From Okamejei kenojei (taxonomy: Eukaryota): a stretch of 64,000 bases of DNA. Made by a program: the position numbers and the translations under genes. Under the pieces are notes generated by a model. That model saw only the letters and a program-made list of their open reading frames with translations, had not been told where the DNA came from and searched no databases. The DNA is taken from positions 26,598,001-26,662,000 of the forward strand of contig CM069135.1 in NCBI GenBank assembly GCA_035221665.1. Reading direction: 5' to 3'. Shown piece by piece: positions 11,251 through 23,745 of the stretch (position 1 is its first letter; each line of letters starts with the position of its first letter).

Positions 11251-14200
11251 CGGCGGCGTCAATGGTGGGGTGAGAGACGCTGCTGTTTTGCTCTGCTCCT
11301 GAAAGAATGTTTTAATGTGCTAAAATACAAGTGGGAAGACGGGGGAGTTCTAAAATATACTACCGGAGCTGCTATTTAATTGTGTGTTATCAGAAATTCT
11401 GCTGATAACAGAGAATAACGGCAGTTTTAAATGAAAAAAGTGAAAACTCGCCAGAAGCCTGTAAAACCTGCTTCAAGACCTGCTACAAGAGACTACTTGA
11501 AAAAACTTGGAAAGACTCCTCAATCCCCTCAAGCATCAGCTGGAAGCTCAGAAGAAGAAGCTGACTTCCAAAATCTTTCTACAGAAATTACCTCAAATGG
11601 TACAAAGAGCATATGGAACAATTGGAAAAGTCAGTATTAACTTCAGTCACTGAAGTTATTTCTAAAGTGATACAAGAGGGGAATGTTGCGCTGGACAAAA
11701 GCCTCGCTGAAAAAATTAAACAAGGTAATGATACACTGACCGGGAAAATTGATGACTTAACCAAACGTGTGGTCGAGGTTGAGGAGGATTTAAACAAAAA
11801 AATTAAGCGGGTTGCTAAGGACTGTAATAAAAAGCTGGATGCAATGTTAAAGTCTACTGAGGCGGCTATGGAAGAGGAATGGATAATACGATAACTGAGA
11901 TGGCTGTCTAAGGAGATAAAGAGACTAAAAAAAAGGAGCAAGAAAACACTGGAGGGGAGCTTGCTAAAAAAAGAATGAAAGCATAAATGTACGGGTGTAC
12001 TTGGAAGTAAGATCAAGAAGGCAAAACCTGAGGTAGTTGGAGTAAAAGAAGGAAAGGAGAGTGGACAAAACTTTCAGGAGTTTGCTGCCAACTTACTCAA
12101 ACAAGTACTTAAGCTGCCTGAAGCCCCGAGAATAGATATGGCTCACCGGGTCCGACGTAAGGTTCAAGCAAGCCCAACTGGGCTGCCCCCCCCACCCCCC
12201 CCCCTCCCAAGACAGATTATTCTGAAATTCTATGACATTTCAACCCTGGAAGGAATTATGAAAACGATTCCATATGGTGTGCATTTGATGTTTGGAGACT
12301 TCCGTGATTTTCCAGCTGAAGTCATGGAAAAGAGGGACAAGTTTACAAACACGAGAAGGCTACTGAAAGAGGTCTCGGGAGTAAGATATGGGATAGTATA
12401 TCCAGCGAAATTGAGAATTACTTATAACCATGTTGAACGTGAATTCACGGATCCAGAAGAGGCATTTAATTACGCACAAAGTATCACAAAGGAGGACTAC
12501 TGATCATGAGAAACGACGAAGAAAGAACTGTGTTTCTTTTTTTTAACATACAAAAAATACTGCTCTGGTTAAGATGGAGAACTTTCCTCGAGACGTTGTC
12601 TAAACATTTTATCTTTGGAATGTTAACTCAAGGTCGGATTTTATGTTTCACTTCAACAAAGGATTGACAAAGAAGAAAAACTGTGGTGGGGAAAATAACT
12701 TGAGAATATGGAAAAATATTATCAGTGAACTTGTATATAGAAATTTATGATTTAAGAAACACACAATTACATACTAACATAAAATATAATTAATAAAATT
12801 GTGTAATCTTAAGGCATAGCTTAATAATGGCTGATGTTTATCTCATGATGTTAATTACTTGCTAAATATAAGAATAACGAGTTAAATGATTGATAAGTAC
12901 TAATAACATACTAACAAATTTTATGGATATAGTAGATTTAGTCTAAATTGCGCGCAAAGAGGGGGGAGGAGACTCGGATGCTTGGAAGTTATCCAAGGGT
13001 TTGAATCTGGTTAACCCCTTGGAACCTGCTGTTGTCTGATACAAAAGTTTGAGACTTAATTGTAATAGATCTAGGCATATCGATAGATATGGATATATAA
13101 TTAACATAATTACTGTTATAGTACATATAATATATACACTCGGAAACTCATTTTTATTTTGTTTTTCCTCTTTGAAGATATATTTCTAATCTATCTATTG
13201 GAGTGCGTGAGTGCGTTTTATTTTTAATATATTTATAAATATATTTTTAAAAAAAATATATATATTTTTTAAAACTTTGTATCGCTCTCTCTTCCAATTA
13301 ATAATAACTGGTCAAGGGGGCAGAGCGAAACATATAAAGACATCTACGGAAGTCAACAAGAATTTTTCTACCACCTGTTGGTGGTCTGTTTTTAATTATA
13401 ATATCTTTATTTTTGGATATTATAATATCACTTTTTGTTTGTTAAGTATCTTTTCACGACTCTACACTTTCTGGTCTTTTTCAAGGTCTATTCTGAAGGG
13501 GAGATGCCAACAAAACTTAACAGCTGGGGATGACTATCCTCCACCTAGAGTTCTGAGGTTCTTGGTTGCACCATATGAAGTAAAGGTATTAACATGATCC
13601 ATAATGCAAGACGATAAACAAAAGAAAGCTGGAGGAATCACGTTCGGTAGTTGGAATATAAGGGGCGCTAATGAACCAATTAAAAGGGGTAAGATCTTTG
13701 CCCAATTAAAAGACTTAAACAGTGATATCATTTTCTGACAAGAGACGCATTTGAAATATCAAACACAGATAAGATTGAAGGCAAATTGGATTGGGCAAAC
13801 ATACTACTCTTCATTTACTTCTAAATCTAGAGGTACGGCTATTATCATTCATAAAGGTATACCATTTAAATTAAAGCATACCATAGCAGATAAAGAGGGG
13901 AGGTATGTCATAGTCACGGGAGAAATTTATTCTACTCCACTTACTTTGATAAATATTTATGCTCCTAATTCTGACAACCCCCAATTCTTTAGTAAAATTT
14001 TGGATACAATTACGGAACTTAACAATCAAAATGTGATAATAGGGGGAGATTTGAATTGTGTTTTAGATCCATATCTGGATAAATCAGCAAAACAAAAAAG
14101 GATTAACATAAAATCTAAAACTAATGAACTCCTAAATACATACATGAAAAATACCAACATAACAGATGTATGGAGGATCGCTAACCCAGTAGGTAGGGAA

Positions 14201-17200
14201 TATTCATTTTATTCAACGGTACATAAAACATATTCACGTATTGATTACTTCTTAGTGGACACGAACTAATTCCATATACATATAATTCTAAATATCTTAA
14301 TAGTATTATTTCTGATCATTCCCCGCTAACTTTTTCTTTAAAATTAGATGGAATGCCCGATAAAAAAATCGTTTTGGAGGTTTAACCCCCAAATCTTAAA
14401 CAACTCATAAGGATGTACATATTTAAAAGAGCAGATGGGATTCTTTTTTGAGACAAATGATACACCAGATATTTCACCCTCCTTATTATGGGAAACTTTT
14501 AAGGCATTTATTAGAGGAACTATAATCTCATATCAAGCTTTCCAAAATAAAAAGAATACTGAACAATTGCAGTTTGGACAAGAAATTAGACAATTAGATT
14601 TAGAAAATGCCAAAGAACCAACTATAGATGAACATAATAAGATAACAATACTAAAATATAAATTAAATAAAATTTTATCGGCCTGAATAATAAGATTATT
14701 TCAAACTACAAAACAAGAAATTTTCGAATTTGGTGATAAACCACATAAACTCTTAGTACACCAACTGAAAAAACGGGAAACAGAAAATACAATTACTAAA
14801 ATTAAATCAGACAAAGGGGAATTACTAACACTACCTAAAGATATTAATAAAAGATTGCTCAATTTTATCAAAATTTATATACATCGAAAACCTCTGCAAA
14901 TAATACTCAAATTACAAATTTCTTAGACAATTGTAATCTTCCAAAATTAAATATGGTGGAACAAGATTTACACTTACAAAATTCTTAAGGGGTTGGACAG
15001 GCTAGATGCAGGGAAGATTGTTCCCGATGTTGGGGAAGTCCAGGACAAGGGGTCACAGTTTAAGGATAAGGGGGAAGTCTTTTAGGACCGAGATGAGAAA
15101 ATCGTTTTTCACACAGAGAGTGGTGAATCTGTGGAATTCTCTGCCACAGAAGGTAGTTGAGGCCAGTTTGTTAGCCATATTTAAGAGGGAGTTAGATGTG
15201 GTCCTTGTGGCTGAAGGGATCAGGGTGTATGGAGAGAAGACAGGTACAGGATATTGAGTTGGATGATCAGCCATGATCATATTGAATGGCGGTGCAGGCT
15301 CGAAGGGCCGAATGGCCTGCTCCTGCACCTAATTTCTATGTTTCTATGTTTCTAAGAGGGATTAGCAGCCCAGATTTCACTACAGGAAATAGAAGAAACA
15401 ATAAATTTGTTGAAGAATGGCAAAATGCCAGGACCAGATGGCTTTAGTAATGAATTCTATAAAAGATTCTATGAGATAATTTCCCCACGCCTGCAAGATC
15501 TATATATATGCTTTTAAAGAAAATAAACTACCAGAAACACTGAGTCAATGATTATACTTATACCAAAAAAGGATAAAGATCTAGACGACCCAGGCTCATA
15601 TAGAGCTATTGCACTCCTAAATACAGATCAAAGACCCTAGCGAGAAGATCGAGTAAATATTTTAGCTACCTAATAAACCCGGACCAAACAGGGTTTATAC
15701 CAAAGAGATACTCGTTTAACAATTTGAGATGGCTGTCTAATATAATGTACTCACATAATACTGAAGAAGAACTAGCAATTATTTCATTGGATGCAGAAAA
15801 AGCTTTCGATCAAGTAGAATGGCAATATTTATTCAAAGTATTGCAAACATTTAACATGGGAGATAACTTTATCTCATGGGTAAAATTATTACATGATAAG
15901 CCGACGGCTAGAATACTGACTAATAATATATTATCCCCGAAATTCCAATTAGCAAGGGGCAATAGGCAGGGGTGCGTACTATCGCCCCTGCTATTTGCAC
16001 TAGTGATAGAGCCTTTAGCAGAAAGTATATGTAGTCATCTGAATATTCATGGATATAATACCAAACACTCAAATAATAAAATTTCATTATATGCAGACGA
16101 CACATTACGATATATTACAAATTTGCAAATTAGCATACCAAATATACTAAACTTAATAGAGGAATTTGGTTCTTTTTCAGGATATAGAATAAATTGGAAT
16201 AAAAGCGAAATTATGACGATAAAACCTCAAGAGCCGACACATTTGTTGAAATTCCCCTTTAGAATTGCAACAGAAAAATTTAAGTATTTGGGTATCCAAA
16301 TCACTAGGAAATATAAATCATTACTCAACGCAAACTATATGCCTTTATTAACTAAATTAAATGGGTTGATCAAATTTTGGAAAACACTGCCGATGTCCTT
16401 AATAGGCAGAATAAACGCGATAAAAATGATCTTCTTACCACAAATATTGTGCCTATTTCAATCAATACCAATATACTTACCTAAACAATTCTTTAAAAAA
16501 CTAGGCTCTGATATTATAAACTTCATATGGGATTATAAATCACACAGAATTAAAAAAACAAAAAAACACTTGTGTAAATCTAAAGAATCAGGGGGACACT
16601 TCCTAACATTGTATTGCTATTGGGCAGTGAATATTAAAAATATAATCTATTGGTTGGACAGTTCTGCCCAACAGGTAGATTGGATGAGAATGGAGAAAGA
16701 GGATTGTTCCCCTTATAATACAGGAGCGATTCTTTTTCCCCCGATGAAACTGAACAATATAATATAAGACAAATCCAATTATTCACAGCATAATACGAAC
16801 TTGGAAACAAATAAAACTAACTTTAAAATTAAGAAAAATATCGCTTTTTTCTCCAATAGCCAATAATCCCTCATTCAAACCATCCATTATTGATAAAACG
16901 TTTATCCATTGATAAGAATAGGAATTAAAATGATGGGAGATATGTATGAAATGGGAAAACGTTTATCATTCCAACAATTACAACTAAAATATAATTTGAA
17001 AAGTCATCAATATTTCAAATATCTTCAAATTCAAGATTATTTGAAAAAATATATACAAGGATATCAAACTATAACCCCAGATTTATTGGAGGAAGGAATT
17101 AATAGAAAGGCAGAATCAAGCAATTTAATATCTTACTTATATAATACAATTCTAAATATAGAAACACCAATGACAGAGGCAATTAGAAGGGACTGGGAAC

Positions 17201-18088
17201 AAGAGTTATTGATAAAAATGCCAAACAATAGATGGGAAAAAATGTATTATATGTAAATAAATGTTCAATTAATGTAAGACATAACCTAATTCAATTTAAA
17301 TTTTACATAGACTATATTATTCGAAAACTAGACTGAATAAAATATTTTCAAATGTTTCCACCATCTGCGACAAATGTTTAACTCAAAATGCCACTATAGC
17401 ACATTCCTTTGTCTCTTGTATAAAACTGTATAAATTTTGGAATGAAATTTTTGGAATTTTTACAAAACTATTTAACACAAAATTGAACCCCAATACAGAA
17501 CTGATTATCTTTGGATCAATGGAAGAGGGAAGTAATCTAACTATATTCCAAGAAGCTTTTCTTAATTACGGCCTAATAACAGGAAAAAAAAACATACTCA
17601 AATTTTTGGAAAAACGCAACCACGCCAACATTCAAAATGTGGATTTCAAACATGTCTGAAATGCTACACCTTGAAGAAATGAGATTTCTCCTACTAGGCA
17701 AAGTAGACCTATTCTTAAAGACTTGGTCTCCTTTTATCAACTTTTTACAAGCAGATGGTGCAACATAAGAAATTAAATGGTTTAGAACCGGGTGACGGAT
17801 GGGCAAAAATACGAAATAGGTAGATCTCTCCTAATCGCCCTTTTCTTTACTTTCTCCTTTTCTTTCAATCTTTTTAGCTTCTTATCTCTGTCCTGTATTT
17901 CTTTGGCTATCTGTTCCTACTCGCTTGTCTATCTATTCCGACACTCTTTATTTCTTTTTTCTCTCACTGTTCTTTTATTATTAAATCAAAAGTACGAAGT
18001 GTACAAGAATGGAAATATATGTATGTATGTGGTACTCAAGTACCACACTATTGTACTTACTTCTAACAAAAATAAACAAAAACAAAAA
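11251..18088 (+). mobile_element. Full-length but decayed L1 LINE
   Basis: Short CpG-containing 5' UTR; ORF1 remnants 11431-12503 (coiled coil, RGIVYPAKLRI-like YGIVYPAKLRI); AT-rich spacer of about 1.1 kb; ORF2 13604 to about 17768 (SWNIRG, QETH, GDLN, SRIDY, LDAEKAFD, RQGC, YADD, C-terminal CxxC) with stops and frameshifts; A-rich tail; TSD AAGTC at 11246-50 and 18089-93. Confidence 0.93.
14967..15353 (+). mobile_element. CR1 3' fragment inserted in L1 ORF2
   Basis: CR1 ORF2 end plus (tttctatg)n tail; TSD AAGA at 14963-66 and 15354-57; removal restores L1 frame EQEGLAAQISLQEI. Confidence 0.92.
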
Positions 18089-18941
18089 AAGTCAAGAAAT
18101 TAAGCATGACATTTTCAGATAAGTAGATTTTGGACTCCACGGGAACAATGTCTACTGGAATATATAAAAATGGTATAGTTACCGCATAGATATTTGGCGA
18201 ATATGTAATAACACACAAACAAACACACATATCCACATACAAGATCAGACTTTTAATAGTTACTAGACCAATTGCAGACCCATTGCGTCTGCTCCCCCAA
18301 CACACCCGTCCCCTACCCATAGCCCCCACGGGAGGCGTGGGGGACAGAGAGGGAGCGGGAGAGGGGCAGTGAGGGAGGGGGGTAGAGTTTGAGAGGGGGG
18401 GTGCATTGTCACAGGGGAGGGCTGGTTCCCGAACGCAATACTCCCTCGCTCCTGGTGGCAGGCTCCGCATACGAGGGAGGGGGAAAGTGGTCGGGGGGGG
18501 GGGGGGGGGCGGGGAGAAGGGAGACTTCACTCGCAGTGCGAGCCAGAAGACAGCGGGTTTTTCCCCCAAACCTTTTTCAGATTTTTGAACATTTTCATTA
18601 ATAACTCAAGAAATAAAGCATGAATTTTTCAGATAGGCAATTTTGGACTCCACGGAAAAAATCTCGACCGGAATATGTAAAACTTTTATCGTTAGCGCGT
18701 CATTTTTTTTTGAGAAGATGTGATTATACACAAACAAAACAAATACACACACATACAAAATCAGACTTTTAATAGGTATATATGATATAGATATAGATGG
18801 TAAAGAGGAAGAGCTGGTAGAGGTAGAGATATTTAGGTAGGAGATACCTGAGCCTGGAGAGCGGAAGGCACAGTTGCCAATGGTGGTGCAATTAAAATAA
18901 ATTATTTCTCACAAACATTTTCAGCTACAGAAACGACTTAC

Positions 18942-19193
18942 CGACAATACTGAATCCATTTTCATAGTTAGGTTGCTCCAAAGCAAACATCCAACCAATT
19001 ATACTTCCAACTGAGGACAGTGGTAAAAGCGACCATCCCACGGCTGCGGGGATCCTGCTTATCGCCGTGTATGACCGCCCATCGTTCACCACCACATACG
19101 AATGAAGGTCGATGTCCTCAAACTGGACAGGCACCGGGTTGGTTCCCACAAAGATCTTTCCATTCACCTTCCCGTTCACACGCTGTGGGGTCC
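18942..19193 (-). CDS. NID1: Nidogen-1 exon 6 (G2 beta-barrel)
   Basis: GTPQRVNGKVNGKIFVG...DLHSYVVVNDGRSYTAIS...IIGWMFALEQPNYENGFSIV. Acceptor ttatcAG; donor GTAAGT; 252 bp, phase 1/1. Confidence 0.97.
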
Positions 19194-19994
19194 CTGATAA
19201 TGCAAAATAAAAAGGAATCTGTAGGACACCATGCTCTTGAATTTATTTGGCTGAAGAACTTAAAGGAGATTTATTTTTAAATGATTCCGATGGTCAAATG
19301 ATCATCAGCGGAAGTGTGAAGGGAACCAGCTTATGGCCTGGTGTAAATTAATCTATATTAGGTAGTGGTGAGGGGACTGCAGTGACAGGGGAAGAAATGG
19401 CAGAAACAATGTAATCCAGAGCATTCTCCTCCCAATCTTAGATCGCATGGGATCCAAGGAGAGATAGTTGAATGGATGGCAAATTGGATTCATGGAAGGA
19501 AGCAGAGGATAGGATAGGTTTAGAGGGACATGGGCCAAACGCAGCCAGGTGAGATTAGTGTAGATGGGGCATGTTGGTCAGCATGGGCAAGTTGGTCTGA
19601 AGGTTGATGCTGTAAGACTCTATGACCCTATATTGCCCTATGATCCTTTTTGGAACATGCACGGTGGACATCATATAATGTAAGATTAGATTCAAATCCC
19701 TCCCACAAAAGAATGTCTGGAGACAAATAGAATTTAAGACTAAAAATTATGATTTTGTTTAGCAAGGTTAAATATGGTTCCCATATTCCATTATAATCAA
19801 ACACCTGTGTCTGTCTTGGGGTCTCAAGTGTGAAATGAGTTCACAACCAAGATCAGGATATCACCTTGTAATAATCTTCCCGATTTCAAAATGATGAACC
19901 AGCACCCCTCGGTTTAAGTCATAAATCATAGAGAATGACCCTTCCCCACACTGTACAGAGATCCAGTTGGAGGAAGTAATGCGAGCAGACTCAC

Positions 19995-20144
19995 CCTCCG
20001 AGATGCACTGTTTGCCATTGCCATAATAGCCAGGTTTGCAATGGCAACAGAAGCCCGCGGCGTGGTCTCTGCATTGGCCATGAGCGGAGCAGATGTGATG
20101 ATTGTTGCTGCACCTCAGCTGCCTCTCCGTATTGTATGTAAAAA
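19995..20144 (-). CDS. NID1: Nidogen-1 exon 5 (EGF-like 1)
   Basis: VFTYNTERQLRCSNNHHICSAHGQCRDHAAGFCCHCKPGYYGNGKQCISE. Acceptor ctgccAG; donor GTGAGT; 150 bp, phase 1/1. Confidence 0.97.
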
Positions 20145-20159
20145 CTGGCAGAAATGGAA

Positions 20160-20370
20160 AGAGAAGCTTTAGAGATACACACGCTAGGGACAATTTACAA
20201 TTTTACCAAGCCTTCAAACCTGTATGTCTTTGGAGTGTGGGAGATAGCTGGAGATCCCGGTGAAATCCCACACAGGAGAGAATGTACAAACTCCTTACAT
20301 GGAACCCATAGACAAGATCCAACAGGTCTCTGGCGCTGTAAGGCAGCAACTCCAGCTGCCACACTGTGCA
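20160..20370 (-). mobile_element. HE1-type tRNA SINE (degenerate)
   Basis: gggacaattt...gtctttggagtgtgggag...ggtctctggcgctgtaaggcagcaactc; matches the copy at 40860-41178. Confidence 0.7.
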
Positions 20371-21029
20371 GCCCTCAAGGGATTTCAGTGGCTGAACCTT
20401 CCAGACAATTCAACTTCCAATCACCACCAACCACTGCTGAATGAAGTTCTCGAGAGCAAAATGACCCTAATTGGGAAATATTGTCCCAATACTCTTAACA
20501 TTTAAAAACCCTTTAACAAGTGTTGTAGGATTCCACTGTTTCACTACGGCTCTTCTGGACATAGATGTTGAATTTGAAGTCAGGAATTAGAACAATCTAA
20601 TTTAAAAGGTCCTGCGATTAATTGTTTGCCTTAACAACTTATTTTATGCAATAGGATGGATCAGAGCATTTGTTTTTGTTTCTTGCAATGTTAATGGAGA
20701 ACCAGGAGGAGATACAAGAGGCTGCAGATGCTGGAATCTTGAGCATAAATCAAAGAACGCAGTGGGACAGGCAGCATCTATGGAGGGAAATGGGCAGACA
20801 ACATTTTGGGTCGGGAACCTACTGCAGCCTGAAGGGCCGTGAGCCGTAATGCAATCTCACAATATCTCACTCATTTATCACAGGGTGCAGTACTTTGTTT
20901 TACACACTAACATTGGCAAATGCCATAAACCCACCTAATAGCCAATGACAACAAATACAGTTGTCTAACAAAAAATCTTGAAATGTTTGTAAAATTAATG
21001 AATGGGAACTCTTGCCAATATTCTCATAC

Positions 21030-21418
21030 CATTTCCAGTCACATCCAACTCTGTATCCAACAGCTCAACACTTTGATGGGGAAATTGTGGACGCCGGTAT
21101 TGGACAGGGTTCACAGCCACAACTGGAGCTTGGTCCACAATGTGAGACTCTTCTGGATTCTGCTCCGACGTGGACTTGTAGGCTACCATGGTTTCGACTT
21201 TCTGTTCTTCTTCAGTGGAATCATTATTCAGGTCTGCGCCATTCTCAGTTATATCCAGAAAATAATTCTTCTGGTGGTCCACAGTTGAAGCAGTACTAAA
21301 AGTGTTCAGGACGGGGTCTTCAAGACGGAGTGTCCCACCACTGGCGGGTACGATGGTGTGGCTAGAAGAACTCCCCAGATGGAAGATCCAAACTCCTCGT
21401 TCTCCAGAATTACCATCT
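21030..21418 (-). CDS. NID1: Nidogen-1 exon 4 (end of NIDO and G1-G2 linker)
   Basis: (Q)DGNSGERGVWIFHLG...ELDVTGN. Acceptor ttccatAG; donor GTATGA; 389 bp, phase 2/1, compatible with exons 3 and 5. Confidence 0.92.
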
Positions 21419-22699
21419 CTATGGAAACAAATTTTGGATAAACTTAAGAGAAACAAAGTACATTTTGTTTTTAACTTTGAAAGAAGCAAGCAACATATTA
21501 ACCCAAACTAGCTAGAGGACAATAAAAAAAAATCAATTGCTCAATTAAAAACAATTAAAAATTAAAAATGTTTTCCAGTAAACTAGTTAATTACCGTACG
21601 CACAATACTAATATTAAAGAGAAGAACAGTCAAAGTAATTACATGTTGTAGTCTTACCCTTTATGTTTCTAGTGTTAGAAATACAGAGCACAGATGTTGA
21701 CCAGTCAACTCCTTCCCCCCAAGCAAGAACCTTGTACTGCCTCTCCACCCGTCTCCCTAGGATATTTTTCTTCTCACACCAACTGACAATTTTTTTCAAA
21801 ATCCATTATGGGGCATGCTTCCTAAAAACTAAAATTTGAATATGCCAGGCAATCTTTGAGAGTGGTGAAAAAAAGTATTTCATTTAACCCAATCAGTAGG
21901 TGGTCTACTTATTCTTTCTTTCAAATTGCATATTGAAATAACCTACAAATTGTTAGTGCTGGTACATTATTATTCTTTCCCTGAATATTCTCATCAATAT
22001 TCATACATTGCAATCTAGTATCAAATGTTATCTTAGTAACAGTACGTCCTGCTTCAAATGGCACAACTGCCTTTAAAACCGCTATCTGGGAAACAGCTAG
22101 TCTCAGGTTCTGCGTTTTGACCGGAATTTAATACAATATTTTAATCTTTTTTTCTAATGTAGTTTAATTATTTTAGAGTCGCAATGTTTACACAAAAGAG
22201 TAGTTCTCACACAATTAAAATAATTGCTGTGAAAGTGCACATAACATGCTCTCAGACTGCTGAAATGACATGAGAAATAATCACGTTAAGTCAAGAAGTT
22301 ACGAAGAGGGTGCACTTCTAGGGGGGGGGGGGGGCGACTACCTTCTCCCATTATTGCCTCCTTTTCCTGCTGACACCACCCCAGATATCAACTGGTAAGA
22401 AGTGTCTGTCAAGGCTTGGGAGATACAAGATGAAGGCCAAGTTTTACAAATGCAATTGCTACTTTTTTTTTAACATTTGAGCAATTTTCTCTGCTGCATA
22501 CATAAACACAGCTAATGCTTCTTCCAATTCCCAAATCCTAATCATTAATGTGAACAGTGAACGTAGGTGGACCCAGCTGCATTCCCTGCGTGAACAACAC
22601 TTGCTACCTTTCATCAGTCTGAGTAGCCATGCTTAACCCCTCCCCACCTAATGGGTCCTGCTCTGTAATCAGCTTCACATCAGTTTTATTACTCGGATT

Positions 22700-23300
22700 C
22701 TCCAAGCTATGACAAAGCACTGCAGTAACTTGGCGCTGAGTTACGACAGCACAATGTGTCCTTTCTTGTGAACCAACATCTACAGTTCCTCGCTTCTCCG
22801 TGCTATTCTTAGTTATGTCCAATGGATGTCTAACTACATTCAGCCTAATACACCAACCTACCCTATTCTTTAAAGAACTGACGAAGATCGGTGAAGCAAT
22901 ACCTTCCCTTTTGAAACAAAGTGACTGGTCTTCATTATATTTTTCTATTACATCTTTGCTTAAAGAAGCCATCATCTCTCCAACCACCAATGTTAACTTG
23001 ATTGACCAATGGGTACCCAAGTTTGTTCTGCCTGCTTTGTTAAATACAACAATCACATTTGCTGATTAACTATCCCTGACAATATCCCCCGCTGTGTTCT
23101 TTTCCCTAACTTTCAATACTTATGCATCCAAATGAGGTAATGTATGCAGATTAGCATACTAGTCATCTCTCTCACCCCGACCTCACTAAATGTCTATATC
23201 ATTCATGATTTCTTTTTTGAATGTCATGACCACCTTTTTACACTTTGTGGTAAGTACAGAAGCAAAATCAGTCAATACTTCTACCATGTTGCTGTTATTC
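22700..23300 (-). mobile_element. Ancient CR1 RT fragment
   Basis: ORF 22604-23056 contains FNKAGRTNLGTHWSIKLTLVVGEMMASLSKDVI, a decayed FKKGGREKTGNYRPVSLTSVVGKMLESIIKD. Confidence 0.6.
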
Positions 23301-23436
23301 ATTAGTTTGTGCATTTCTTGGTGGTTTTCTCTCAGATATGATATTTCTGTTAGATATTTATATTTTATCTTACTTCATTTCCAACCTCTTCATATTCAAT
23401 TTTTACATCCTGGATTTTATTGTCTATATAGTATTG

Positions 23437-23745
23437 TTTAGTTTAGATTAGAGATACATCACGGAAACAGGCCCACCAAATCCACGCCAACCACAGATTA
23501 CCCGTTTACACTGGTTCTGTTATCCCACTTTCTCGTCCACTCCAAACACATTGGGGAAAATTTTAGAGGCCAATTATCCTACAGACCCTCACGTCTTTGG
23601 GATGCGGGAGGAAACTGGAGCACCCGGAGGAAGCCCACACAGCTGCAAGAGAACTTGGAAATTACACATGGACAGCACCCGAGGCCAGAATCAAACCAGG
23701 TCTCTGGCACTGTAAGGCAGCAGCTCTACCAGCTGCACCACTGTT
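23437..23745 (-). mobile_element. HE1-type tRNA SINE
   Basis: (gttta)n tail at the left; head ends aaggcagcagctctaccagctgcacc. Confidence 0.75.

Larger units (their letters stand above)
10093..18797 (-). mobile_element. Three nested non-autonomous Helitrons (bodies 10093-10655; 10656-11250 plus 18094-18262; 18263-18785)
   Basis: Minus strand begins A|TC at 18797. Each unit ends with a GC-rich hairpin about 7 nt before CTAG (18263-66; 10656-59; ATAG variant at 10093-96), followed by T. No TIRs or TSD. Shared subterminal CTATTAAAAGTCTGAT. Confidence 0.8.
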
